DNA from: an uncultured Bacilli bacterium
Lineage (GTDB): Bacteria; Bacillota_I; Bacilli_A; RF39; UBA660
Assembly: GCA_934089255.1 (NCBI GenBank)
Contig: CAKOJI010000003.1
Span: 1 to 61,228 of the forward strand
Length of the DNA stretch: 61,228 nucleotides
Direction: 5' to 3'
In this document: positions 1-9,799 of the stretch, piece by piece
How positions within the stretch are numbered: the stretch's first letter is position 1
How the letters are laid out: every line of letters starts with the position of its first letter
Translations under genes and position numbers: made by a program
The notes under the pieces: model-generated
What the model saw: only the letters and a program-made list of their open reading frames with translations
Told to the model about the DNA's origin: nothing
The model's database searches: none

Positions 1-86
1 ATTTACTAATTAATTAAACAAGAGTGTCACTTACAAAGGGTAGACATTTCTTTCTTAAATGTTCTACTTAATATAAGTTTATCATA

Positions 87-113
87 AAGTACTTGAAAAG
101 TGTACTTTTTTTG
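87..113 (+). terminator. Rho-independent terminator of a gene that ends upstream of the window
   Basis: aagtac/gtactt stem with a 9-nt loop, followed by a T-run. Confidence 0.45.
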
Positions 114-221
114 TTATATTTTTATTAGGGTAGTAAACTACTCAAAATACCAAAGTTGGAACTGGCGAGTCTTTAAGTGATTATATTTATTTAATTTTGT
201 TCCTGTAGAGATAATACAAAT

Positions 222-527
222 ATGTATGTAGGAACATTAACGGCAGATGAAATGTCATTCGCAGGTGCAACTGGTTCAACTAATTATACTCATTATTTAA
301 TGAACAGTTATGCAAAGAGTAATTATTTATCTTGGTGGGGGCTTTCTCCGGGCAGTTATGATGCTGAGTATGGTCGCGATAACGCATTCGCCGTGTTCAG
401 CGATGGCAGCTCGGACGACAACTATGTATACAACGTCGGCTCGTTCCGTCCCGCAGTAACTCTCTTGTCTTCCATAATTATAAAAACAGGAAATGGAACT
501 ATATCAAATCCTTATGTTGTTTCGTAA
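222..527 (+). pseudogene. Orphan C-terminal cassette (101 codons) homologous to the last ~100 residues of the 9800..11425 protein. It lacks a signal peptide and an N-terminal domain.
   Basis: Shares LTADE[MV]SFAGA ... WW..SP ... FRP ... G.GT.SNPYV with 9800..11425. An in-frame stop lies at 192..194, and there is no Shine-Dalgarno before ATG 222. It contains its own GC-rich island at 341..460. Confidence 0.5.
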
Positions 528-587
528 GTTGCTTTATTAGACAAAATTTTTAAAAAATATATTTTATAATAAACTAGGTGATACTAT

Positions 588-1358
588 ATGACAGTATATG
601 TGGACCTAGTTTTTTTAATTAATTTTATTATAGATTTTTATATATTAAGTGGGGTAAAATTTATATTAAAAAGAAATACTAAGAATTATAGAATTATATT
701 AGGTACGTTTGTTGGTAGTTTATCTATTTTTTTATTATTTTTTAAATTAAGTACATTATTATTAAATTTATATAAAATACTAATTAGTATATTGATGATA
801 TTGTGTGCGTTTGGAAGAAAGAACTTTTTTACAAATATATTTTATTTATATATATTAAGTATAGTATTAGGTGGTAGTTTATATTTAATAAATGATTCTT
901 TAGGTTATAAAGTTAGTGGATATTTATTTATTAATAATGGTTATAGTATTAATTTAATAGTGTTAATTATTATTAGTCCTTTGATTATATATTTGTATGT
1001 TAAAGAGTTTTTAAAATATAAAAAGAGAATTAATACAGTATATGATGTAATAATAAAGATAGGTAAAAAGTGTATTAATGTATCTGGGTTTTTAGATACT
1101 GGTAATAAATTAATAGATCCTTATTTTTATCGGCCGATAATATTACTTAATAAAAAATATATTAAAATAAATAATAAAAACATAATTTATGTACCATATG
1201 ATTCATTAAATAATAATGGGTTATTAAAATGTTTTAAACCTGAATATATATTAATAGATAATAAAAAATATACAAACTGTCTTATTGGTATAATTGATAA
1301 TTTAAATGTGGATTGTATATTAAATGAAAGGATATTAGATTATGAAGAAAATAATTGA
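588..1358 (+). CDS. spoIIGA: Sigma-E processing peptidase SpoIIGA
   Basis: Polytopic N-terminus plus the GFLDTGNKLIDP aspartyl-protease motif. It overlaps the start of sigE. Confidence 0.9.
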   Translation: MTVYVDLVFLINFIIDFYILSGVKFILKRNTKNYRIILGTFVGSLSIFLLFFKLSTLLLNLYKILISILMILCAFGRKNFFTNIFYLYILSIVLGGSLYLINDSLGYKVSGYLFINNGYSINLIVLIIISPLIIYLYVKEFLKYKKRINTVYDVIIKIGKKCINVSGFLDTGNKLIDPYFYRPIILLNKKYIKINNKNIIYVPYDSLNNNGLLKCFKPEYILIDNKKYTNCLIGIIDNLNVDCILNERILDYEENN

Positions 1359-2031
1359 GTATATAATTAAATTATTTAAAAAAGAAAATATATGTTTATT
1401 TTTAGGAAGTACAGATATTTTACCACCGCCACTGTCTAGAGAAGAGGAAATTAAATATTTAGAACTTGCTAAAAATGGGGATGTAAGTGCACGTAATAAA
1501 CTTATAGAACATAATATTAGATTAGTAGTATTTTTAGCGAAAAAGTATGAAAATACTGGATATGAATTAGAAGATTTAGTTAGTATAGGATCTATTGGAT
1601 TAATAAAAGGTATTAATACTTATAAGATGGATAAAAATATTAAACTTGCAACATATTGTTCTAGGTGTATTGCTAATGAAATATTAATGTTTTTAAGAAA
1701 GAATAAAAGAAGAAAAAGTGAAATTAGTTTTGAAGATGCTTTGAATTATGATGCTGAAGGTAATGAGTTACATTTAGAAGATATATTAGGTACTGATGAA
1801 GATATTGTTTATAAAGAATTTGAAAGTAAAGTAGATAAAGTACTGTTAGAAAGTGAATTAAATATGTTAAATGATAGGGAAAGACATATTATGAAGTTAA
1901 GATATGGTTTAAATAATACGGAGGAATATACTCAAAAAGAAGTTGCAAATATGCTTGGTATAAGTCAGTCTTATATATCTAGAATAGAAAAGAAAGTTAT
2001 TAAGAAATTAAAGAGTGTGATGAAAGTATAA
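1342..2031 (+). CDS. sigE: Sporulation sigma factor SigE (pro-sigma-E)
   Basis: N-terminal pro-sequence, LPPPLSREEE, IEHNIRLVVFLAKKY, ATYCSRCIANEILMFLR and GISQSYISRIEKK. Synteny with spoIIGA supports the call. Confidence 0.92.
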   Translation: MKKIIEYIIKLFKKENICLFLGSTDILPPPLSREEEIKYLELAKNGDVSARNKLIEHNIRLVVFLAKKYENTGYELEDLVSIGSIGLIKGINTYKMDKNIKLATYCSRCIANEILMFLRKNKRRKSEISFEDALNYDAEGNELHLEDILGTDEDIVYKEFESKVDKVLLESELNMLNDRERHIMKLRYGLNNTEEYTQKEVANMLGISQSYISRIEKKVIKKLKSVMKV

Positions 2032-2032
2032 T

Positions 2033-2059
2033 AGTACTTGACACAAGTGCTATTTTTTT
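2033..2059 (+). terminator. Intrinsic terminator after sigE
   Basis: agtacttg/caagtgct stem followed by a T7 run. Confidence 0.6.
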
Positions 2060-2095
2060 ATATACTTATTTCTGTTCGCAAAAGGGAGTGTAATA

Positions 2096-3502
2096 ATGAA
2101 AAAAACTAAAATAATTTGTAGTATAGGACCAAGTAGTACTAATCCTGATGTTATGGAAAAAATGGTTTTAGCTGGAATGAATGTTGCTAGAATAAATTTT
2201 TCTCATGCTACTATTGAAGAAAGAAAGAATGTAGTTGAAAGTGTTAAAATTGTTAGAGAGAGAACAAAAGAAAATATTGCAATATTATATGATACTAAAG
2301 GGCCTGAATTTAGAAGTGGTAACTTAGAAAACGGTGAAATAGAATTAGTTAGTGGTAATAATATTAGAATTGTAAAAGAAGATGTTTTAGGAAATAGTGA
2401 AAGATTTAGTGTTAATCATAAAGAAGCAATTGATTCTATTAATGTAGGAAATACTATTTTACTTGAAAACGGTTTAATGAGTATGGAAGTTATTAGTAAA
2501 GATGAATTAGGTCTTACTTGTAAAATAATAAATGGTGGAATACTTGGTAATAAAAAGAGTTTGAGTGTTCCTGGCGTACATTTAGATATTCCTTTTATAA
2601 GTGAAACTGATTATGAAGATATAACTTATGCTTGTAATCATGATGGAGATTATCTTGCTTTATCCTTTGTCTCAACTAAAGAAGATGTATTAGAAGCGAA
2701 AAAAATATTAATAGATAATAATAGAGTAGATATGAAAATAATATGCAAAATAGAAAGTATGACCGGAGTAAATAATATTGATGAAATTCTTAGTGTTAGT
2801 GATGGAATAATGGTTGCTAGAGGAGATTTGGGTGTTGAAACTCCAATGGAGGACTTACCATATTTACAAAAAATGATGATAAAAAAGGCTCGTGAATATA
2901 GTAAAATTTCAATAGTTGCAACTGAAATGTTAGAATCAATGAAAAAAGCAATTCGTCCAACACGTGCTGAAGTAAGTGATGTTGCTAATGCAGTTATGGA
3001 TGGAACTGATGCAGTAATGTTAAGTGGAGAAACTACTACAGGTAAATATCCTATTGAAACAGTAAGATTTATGTCTAATATTTGTTATAAAACTGAAAAT
3101 CATATTCATTTTAATGAATTACCTGATTTTAGTAGAAAAAATAATATTGTTGAAATGATTTCAATAAGTGCTGCAACTAGTGCAAATAATTTAGATGCAA
3201 AATTAATTGTTGTTTCTACTATGGGTGGATATACAGCAAGAAAAATAAGCAATATTAGACCAGATGCAGTAATTTTAGCGGAATGTATTAATGAAAGTGT
3301 TGCAAGAAGTTTGTCTCTTTATTATGGAGTATATACTAAAATAATACCAGTTTTTGATACTACTGATGAAATACTTAATGAATCTTTAAAAAATGCAAAA
3401 AAATTTATGGATTTAAAAGAAAATGATATAGTAGTAATAACTGGTGGTAGTCATACATTAGAAAATAAGAGTACTAATTTATTAAAAATAGAAAGAATAT
3501 AG
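2096..3502 (+). CDS. pyk: Pyruvate kinase
   Basis: KTKIICSIGPS N-terminus, NVARINFSHA, MVARGDLGVE and a C-terminal regulatory domain. Length is 468 aa. Confidence 0.93.
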   Translation: MKKTKIICSIGPSSTNPDVMEKMVLAGMNVARINFSHATIEERKNVVESVKIVRERTKENIAILYDTKGPEFRSGNLENGEIELVSGNNIRIVKEDVLGNSERFSVNHKEAIDSINVGNTILLENGLMSMEVISKDELGLTCKIINGGILGNKKSLSVPGVHLDIPFISETDYEDITYACNHDGDYLALSFVSTKEDVLEAKKILIDNNRVDMKIICKIESMTGVNNIDEILSVSDGIMVARGDLGVETPMEDLPYLQKMMIKKAREYSKISIVATEMLESMKKAIRPTRAEVSDVANAVMDGTDAVMLSGETTTGKYPIETVRFMSNICYKTENHIHFNELPDFSRKNNIVEMISISAATSANNLDAKLIVVSTMGGYTARKISNIRPDAVILAECINESVARSLSLYYGVYTKIIPVFDTTDEILNESLKNAKKFMDLKENDIVVITGGSHTLENKSTNLLKIERI

Positions 3503-3514
3503 TGTAAAGTAAAA

Positions 3515-3549
3515 GTCAGTATATGTATAAAATATACTGATTTTGTTTT
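3515..3549 (+). terminator. Intrinsic terminator after pyk
   Basis: tcagtatat/atatactga stem followed by a T-rich run. Confidence 0.6.
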
Positions 3550-3591
3550 ATAAAGTTATAAACTGGTGTATAATTAATTAAGAGGTGGATT

Positions 3592-4584
3592 ATGTTAATT
3601 TTAGCAAAAACAATACTTGGAATAATGTTAGGTTTCATAACTTCATTAATAGCGGGTTTTATTATTATTCCAATATTAAGAAAAAAGAAAATTGGTCAAC
3701 AAACTTGTAAGTTAATAAATGAAAGACATATAAAGAAAGCTGGTACTCCTACTATAGGTGGTTTAATATTTATAATACCAACTATATTAACTATTATTTT
3801 ATTATATTTAAAAGGTAGTATTAGAACTAATCATAATTTAATTATATTAATGTTTGTATTTATGTCTTATGGATTACTTGGATATATTGATGATAAATTA
3901 AAGATTAAATATCATAATAATGAAGGTTTATCTATTAAAATAAAATTTATTATACAACTTTTAATAGCTATCGTATTTTATTTTATTTATAAATATAATG
4001 GTGGTTTAACAGATTTAACAATTAGTTTATTTGGAATAAAAATACAGTTAGGATATTTCTTTGGATTATTTATTTTATTTTTACTTGTTGGTACAACTAA
4101 TGCAGTTAATATAACAGATGGATTAGATGGCTTATGTGGTGGGCTATCTGCAATTGCATTCTTGTCTTATGGAGTTATAAGTTGGGGTTCATACTGGATT
4201 AGTGGTTATCAAGAAATAGCAATATTTTGTTTTGTATTAGTAGGTGCTATATTAGGATTTTTAGTATTTAATACACATCCTGCTAAAGTATTTATGGGAG
4301 ATACTGGATCTTTAGCACTTGGAGGTGCTTTAGCAACTGTTGCTATATTAACAAGACATGAAATAAGTTTAGCAATTATTGGTGGCGTTTTTGTAATTGA
4401 AACATTATCAAGTTTAGTACAAATAATTGCAATTAGAAAATTTAATAAAAAAGTATTTTTAAAAGCACCACTTCATCATCATTTTGAACAATTAGGATGG
4501 AGTGAAACAGATATTGTAAAAATGTTTTGGATAGCAGGTTTTATGTTAGGTATGCTTGGTATTATTTATGGAGTATGGTTATAA
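3592..4584 (+). CDS. mraY: Phospho-N-acetylmuramoyl-pentapeptide transferase
   Basis: Polytopic membrane protein with NAVNITDGLDGL, GDTGSLALGG and HHHFE motifs. Confidence 0.93.
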   Translation: MLILAKTILGIMLGFITSLIAGFIIIPILRKKKIGQQTCKLINERHIKKAGTPTIGGLIFIIPTILTIILLYLKGSIRTNHNLIILMFVFMSYGLLGYIDDKLKIKYHNNEGLSIKIKFIIQLLIAIVFYFIYKYNGGLTDLTISLFGIKIQLGYFFGLFILFLLVGTTNAVNITDGLDGLCGGLSAIAFLSYGVISWGSYWISGYQEIAIFCFVLVGAILGFLVFNTHPAKVFMGDTGSLALGGALATVAILTRHEISLAIIGGVFVIETLSSLVQIIAIRKFNKKVFLKAPLHHHFEQLGWSETDIVKMFWIAGFMLGMLGIIYGVWL

Positions 4585-4621
4585 ATCATACTTTTTTAAA
4601 TATTATTAAATAGGTGAGTAT

Positions 4622-5707
4622 ATGAAGAAAATAGATTATAAATTGTTTATATCAGTAGCGTTACTCGCATTATTTGGATGTTTTATGGTATATACTTCTA
4701 GTAATATATGGGCAGAATATAAATTTAATAATTCTTATAAATATTTTATAAATCAATTTGTTTTTTTTATATTGGGTTTATTTATAATGTATTTTGTTTC
4801 TAAGATAGATTATAAAATATATAAAAAAAAATCTACGTTAATAATAAGTGTATGTTTTATACTTTTAGTACTTGTATTAATACCAGGTATAGGTGTTGTT
4901 AGAAATGGTAGTCGTAGTTGGTTTGGATTACTGGGTTTTGGAATACAACCTAGTGAAGTTAGTAAAATAGGTCTTGTAATATTTGTATCAAAATATTTAT
5001 CTAATAATTATACTTTAATGTATGATATAAAAAAGGGAGTTTTTCCTATAATGAGTATTATACTTATATTCTTTTTACTTATTATGTTAGAACCTGATTT
5101 TGGTACAGGTATGGTTATTACTTTATCTTTAGTTGCTATGATTTTTGTATCAAAAGTTAAAATATCTTTCTTTGTTAAAATAGGCATATTAGGATTATTT
5201 GGTATAGTAGGTTTAATTATAGTTGCTCCGTATAGAATGGCTAGAATAGTTTCGTTTTTAAATCCTTGGAGTGATCCTTTGGGTAGTGGTTTTCAAATAA
5301 TACAAAGTTTATATGCGATAGGTCCTGGTGGTTTATTTGGTTTAGGTTTTGGTAATAGTATTCAGAAACATTTTTATCTTCCAGAACCGCAAACAGATTT
5401 TATATTTTCTATTATTTCTGAAGAACTCGGTTTTATGGGTGTACTAATTGTTAGTAGTATATTTGTATTTATATTTTATAGATGTTTAAAAGTAAGTTTA
5501 AATACTAAGGATTTATTTGGTAAATATTTATCTTTTGGTTTATCATTTATGATAATATTTCAAACTATATTAAATTTATCTGTAGTTATTGGGTTAGTTC
5601 CTGTTACAGGTGTAACATTACCATTTTTAAGTTATGGAGGATCTAGTTTACTTGTTAGTATGACTTGTATAGGTATAATACTTAATATTTCTAGGAATAC
5701 TGTATGA
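4622..5707 (+). CDS. ftsW: SEDS-family peptidoglycan glycosyltransferase (FtsW/SpoVE type)
   Basis: Polytopic protein with PEPQTDFIFS and LPFLSYGGSS motifs. It follows mraY. Confidence 0.88.
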   Translation: MKKIDYKLFISVALLALFGCFMVYTSSNIWAEYKFNNSYKYFINQFVFFILGLFIMYFVSKIDYKIYKKKSTLIISVCFILLVLVLIPGIGVVRNGSRSWFGLLGFGIQPSEVSKIGLVIFVSKYLSNNYTLMYDIKKGVFPIMSIILIFFLLIMLEPDFGTGMVITLSLVAMIFVSKVKISFFVKIGILGLFGIVGLIIVAPYRMARIVSFLNPWSDPLGSGFQIIQSLYAIGPGGLFGLGFGNSIQKHFYLPEPQTDFIFSIISEELGFMGVLIVSSIFVFIFYRCLKVSLNTKDLFGKYLSFGLSFMIIFQTILNLSVVIGLVPVTGVTLPFLSYGGSSLLVSMTCIGIILNISRNTV

Positions 5708-5714
5708 TAGACAT

Positions 5715-5756
5715 TAAAAAATGTGAAATATACTTATGTTTCACATTTATTTTATT
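5715..5756. terminator. Bidirectional terminator between convergent ftsW and the sortase gene
   Basis: aaatgtgaaa/tttcacattt 10-bp stem flanked by A-rich and T-rich runs. Confidence 0.6.
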
Positions 5757-6570
5757 TAGATTCTCTTTTTATTAATTTTGCGTGTACTACAACTTTATCA
5801 TCGTTATTATAACAAGTAGAAAGTGTTAATATTTTATCTTCTTTATTTATAGCAGTTTTAAAATTATATTGGCTTCGTTTAAGTAACATATTTAAAAAAT
5901 TATCATATTCTTCATCACTTATAAATTCTGTTTGTAAATAATCACTTGTTGTAGGTATTCTATATACACTAAATATTTGCCATAAAGTATTTTCTTTTTC
6001 TGTACTAATTTTAATTATATAATTATCTTTATTTTCTAACCAACCATTATTTAATATATTTTTTAAAGTTCCAAAAATAGTTTTGTTTTGTCTACCATGA
6101 CCATATATTATAGTATTTTTATTATCTGTTTTATTATTTCTATAATCTAAAAATACCCAACCTCCACCATTTGATGATTTATCAAACGAATGATTTAAAT
6201 AATAATCATTATTGGATGTTTGAACAAATGGGTAATTAATATTAGTACCATTTACTTTTATCCAACCAACAACATCTTTGTTAATCTTTTTTAAATCATC
6301 AAATTTAACATCTATCATATTCATTTTAATATAATCCCAGTAAGGATCACTTTTACTTAATTCTTCATTATTATTAATTATTTCTGTTTTATCAGAATCA
6401 TTTACTTCTTTAGTAATATTATTATCTATCTTACTCATTATTTTTTTAGTATTATTATTATCTATATTCCATTTTATTATTTTATATAATGAAAATAATA
6501 GAGTGATAGAAAATAATATAATTAGTATTAAACTTATTAAGTTACGTTTACTTATTTTTTTCTTTTTCAT
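5752..6570 (-). CDS. srtB: Class B sortase
   Basis: N-terminal TM anchor, VGWIKV..NYPFVQ, IIYGHG and LTLSTC catalytic-Cys context, with a C-terminal VVVHAKL. Confidence 0.85.
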   Translation of the reverse strand: MKKKKISKRNLISLILIILFSITLLFSLYKIIKWNIDNNNTKKIMSKIDNNITKEVNDSDKTEIINNNEELSKSDPYWDYIKMNMIDVKFDDLKKINKDVVGWIKVNGTNINYPFVQTSNNDYYLNHSFDKSSNGGGWVFLDYRNNKTDNKNTIIYGHGRQNKTIFGTLKNILNNGWLENKDNYIIKISTEKENTLWQIFSVYRIPTTSDYLQTEFISDEEYDNFLNMLLKRSQYNFKTAINKEDKILTLSTCYNNDDKVVVHAKLIKRESK

Positions 6571-6776
6571 ATTATTATTCCTTTATCTATATAAAACTAT
6601 ATCATATTTAATACTTTTTATGTATATAAAAAAAGTAAGTATTTCTAAATTGTCAATGTTTTATTGGAAAGTATTATTGTTATTATATATTTAGTTTATT
6701 ATAATCAATTTAGGAATGGAGTGTGATGTTAAGAATTAAAAATGTAATTTTTAATATTATTAAAAGAGGAGGATAT

Positions 6777-8234
6777 ATGAAAAGAAATAGATTATTATTA
6801 GTTTTTGTACTTTTATGTACGTTTTTTATGGAGGTTAGATATACTAATGCTTATACTATAAAAGAAGATGGTAAATATGCAATTATATTGTCTTTAAAAC
6901 CTGTTGATGAAGGTGATATAGACTTAGTGGAATATGGTAAAGTTATTAAGTTTGATTTAGATAATTTAGATGAAGAAATTAAATTATCTGATATAACTGC
7001 TGGAATTAATGCTTTTAATGGAAAAAATAAATTTGCTGGATGGAATACAGATTATAATAGTAGTGTTCCAATGAGTGATGTAACTTTTAAATCTAGTGAT
7101 TTTAAATCTTCAGGTGATATGGGTGATGTATCTTATAGTAATGGGTTAACATTATATGCTATATTTACAAATGAATTATTAAAAGATACAGGTACATATT
7201 ATATTACACTTGATCCATTTGCAGGTACTATAAATGAAAAAAATTTGTTAAGATTAACAAGTAAATCTAGTGAATTTAAGACAGTAGATTTAAGTAATTA
7301 TAAACCTGTTAGAAAAGGTTGTACATTTGTAGGTTGGGATTATAATGGTACACTAGTTACTAGTATAGATTCAAGTTATTTTAAAAATGGTGATGTTATA
7401 ACTGTAACTGCTGTTTATAAAAAAGATACATTTGAAGATGATGATAGTTATGTATTAAAGTTAAATGCTAACGGAGGTACTATAGAAGGAGAAAGTATCA
7501 AAAAATATAATTATTTAGGTGGAAATAATTCTGGTACTTTTATGGCAATTTTTCAATATGTACCAATTAAAAAAGGATATACATTTAAGGGATGGAATTC
7601 AAAAGTAGATGGTAGTGGAAAATATTATAAATATATGTATTGGCGTAATTGGTTTAAAGATTCAGAAGGATTTGATGTAGATACTTTAAATGATTATGCT
7701 TATAAAAATTTAACTTTATATGCTATTTGGGAAAAAGATGCAAATACTGAAATAGAAAAAGTTAATATTATTGAAAGTAATAGTAGTACTAAAGGAAATA
7801 TAGTATTTGAAGATGGTATAGATAAAGATTATAAATTAGATATAAAAGAAGTTGAAATTAAAGAAGATTTAAAAAATAAAAATGTTAAATTTATTGTAGA
7901 TATAAATGTATTAAATAATACTACAGTAGTTCCTATTAGTAATAGTAAATTAAAAATATCTTTTAAATTACCAGAAACATTATTAAATTATAAAAAATAT
8001 CAAATTGTTTATATTAAAGATGGTGAAATAAAAGAATATTTACCTGCTACAATAAAGAACGGGTATATAGAATTTGAAACTTCTCACTTAAGTGAATATG
8101 GTGTTATAGCAACTAATGAAGAAACTATTAAGAATCCTAAAACAAGTGATAATGTAATAAGTTATGTAGTTTTAGGTTTTATATCTATAGTATCTTTAAT
8201 AAGTATGATAGTTTTAAAAAGAAGAAAATGTTAA
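6777..8234 (+). CDS. Sortase-anchored surface protein with Listeria-Bacteroides-type repeats
   Basis: Signal peptide and FAGWNTD / FVGWDYNG / FKGWNSKVDG repeats. The C-terminal NPKTS (8133..8147) is followed by a hydrophobic helix and a KRRKC tail. I moved the start to ATG 6777 behind AGAGGAGG; the ORF track starts at 6723. Confidence 0.8.
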   Translation: MKRNRLLLVFVLLCTFFMEVRYTNAYTIKEDGKYAIILSLKPVDEGDIDLVEYGKVIKFDLDNLDEEIKLSDITAGINAFNGKNKFAGWNTDYNSSVPMSDVTFKSSDFKSSGDMGDVSYSNGLTLYAIFTNELLKDTGTYYITLDPFAGTINEKNLLRLTSKSSEFKTVDLSNYKPVRKGCTFVGWDYNGTLVTSIDSSYFKNGDVITVTAVYKKDTFEDDDSYVLKLNANGGTIEGESIKKYNYLGGNNSGTFMAIFQYVPIKKGYTFKGWNSKVDGSGKYYKYMYWRNWFKDSEGFDVDTLNDYAYKNLTLYAIWEKDANTEIEKVNIIESNSSTKGNIVFEDGIDKDYKLDIKEVEIKEDLKNKNVKFIVDINVLNNTTVVPISNSKLKISFKLPETLLNYKKYQIVYIKDGEIKEYLPATIKNGYIEFETSHLSEYGVIATNEETIKNPKTSDNVISYVVLGFISIVSLISMIVLKRRKC

Positions 8235-8351
8235 TTTAGCATTTTTTTAATATAAATTATATTTCCAAAAAGTCATTGCTTTTTTTGTCAATTTTCTTGA
8301 ATATAAAAATACTATTTAATATAATATGGAATATAGAAAAGGAGAATATTT

Positions 8352-9629
8352 GTGAAAAAAATTAAATTATTTGGAATTATATTAATTTTAGTATCGTTTT
8401 TATTTACAATTAATGTAAGAGCAGAAAATAAAAATGAAGTAAAATTGAATTTTAAAAAAGGAATTGTTTATGATGGATATGTTGAATATGATAAAATAGC
8501 AAAATTACAATTATTTAAAGGTGATGATTTAGTTGTTAACATTGAAAATAATATGGTAATTGATTTAAATGAAGCAGAATACAAGTTTGTAATTGAAGAA
8601 ATTGAAGATTCAAGTATTGCTGGCTCTAAAACACCTATAAAATTAAATATTAATAATTGGTATTACCCTATGACAACAAAATTAGGTGAAACTAAATCTA
8701 CATTCAAATTAGAAACAAGTAAATTTAGTGGAACATTAGATGTTAAATTTGTAAGAACTATAACAGTTATTAATACAAAGGTTGAAAATGTTTATGAAAA
8801 TATAACACCAAAAGGTGTAATTGATTTGACTAATAGTAAAGAATATGTAATTGATTTTTCTAAAAATGATGAGTTAACAGAAGGATTAAAATCATTTGCG
8901 GAATTAGATAAAACATTATATTATAAAAGAAGCAATGATAGTCTATTATTAACGGACAATGAAAGTGAAGCTGTTATAAAGATAGTTGGAAACAGAACAG
9001 AAAATAAAGCAATATTAACTGCAGTAAATGTTGGAACTAAAAAAAGTGAAAATTTTAAAGGATTTCATATGCAATATACGGGTTCAGCATTGGATTATAA
9101 CAACACTGAGGATGGTATTATATATGAAACAAGATATGATTACTATACCAGATGCACTTATGATTTTACATTTAAATATGCAGATGAAAAAAATATAGTT
9201 GAAGAAATTAGTTACAAGTTTTTAGAAGGTGAAAATTTAAATTATACAATTGATAAAGATAATAATGCTAGATTTAGAATTGACGCTGATTATAGTTTAT
9301 TTCAAAATGGTGGTAAAGTTTATATAGATAATGTTTTAGTTGATAGTAATAACTATACATCAGAAAGTGGTAGTACAATAATTAATTTAAAAAAAGATTA
9401 TTTAAATAAATTAAGTATAGGAGAACATAAATTAGAAGTATTGTTTAATAATGGTGGAGTAGCTGAAAGTAAATTTACTATTAATAAGACTAAAGAAGAA
9501 ATAGAGACAAAAAAAGAAGAAACTATTAAAATAGAAAATCCAAAAACTGTAGATAATATTACTATTTATTTTGTATTAAGTATTATATCTGTTTTAAGTT
9601 TAATATCTTTAAGAAAAATTTGTAATTAA
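8352..9629 (+). CDS. Sortase-anchored surface protein (no recognisable repeat family)
   Basis: GTG start behind AAAGGAGA, with a signal peptide. The C-terminal NPKTV (9537..9551) is followed by a hydrophobic helix and a basic tail. Confidence 0.75.
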   Translation: MKKIKLFGIILILVSFLFTINVRAENKNEVKLNFKKGIVYDGYVEYDKIAKLQLFKGDDLVVNIENNMVIDLNEAEYKFVIEEIEDSSIAGSKTPIKLNINNWYYPMTTKLGETKSTFKLETSKFSGTLDVKFVRTITVINTKVENVYENITPKGVIDLTNSKEYVIDFSKNDELTEGLKSFAELDKTLYYKRSNDSLLLTDNESEAVIKIVGNRTENKAILTAVNVGTKKSENFKGFHMQYTGSALDYNNTEDGIIYETRYDYYTRCTYDFTFKYADEKNIVEEISYKFLEGENLNYTIDKDNNARFRIDADYSLFQNGGKVYIDNVLVDSNNYTSESGSTIINLKKDYLNKLSIGEHKLEVLFNNGGVAESKFTINKTKEEIETKKEETIKIENPKTVDNITIYFVLSIISVLSLISLRKICN

Positions 9630-9799
9630 GTTATTAAAGAATAGGAGAGAAAAACTCTTCTTTTTTTTGTTTTTAAATTATATTTTTCTACAATATTTTT
9701 ATATTTTAAGTGTTAAATTGGTAAATACAATGAAGTTGTTGGTGGTATGATATTTTATATTTCTTTATAATTTTATTTATAGAATAGGAGTAAAAATAT

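Noticed and set aside
6503-6694. 63-aa plus-strand ORF overlapping the sortase start and the divergent promoter region
   Set aside because: It gives an Ile/Leu/Phe-only translation, has no RBS and overlaps a supported minus-strand CDS.
9730-9756. Shared motif gaagttgttggtNgtaTNatat upstream of 9800 and of the XRE gene (25081..25100), considered as a mobile-element end
   Set aside because: It is only ~25 nt, and both copies read as extended -10 promoters (TGgTATGAT and TGtTATAAT). The similarity is adequately explained by promoter function.
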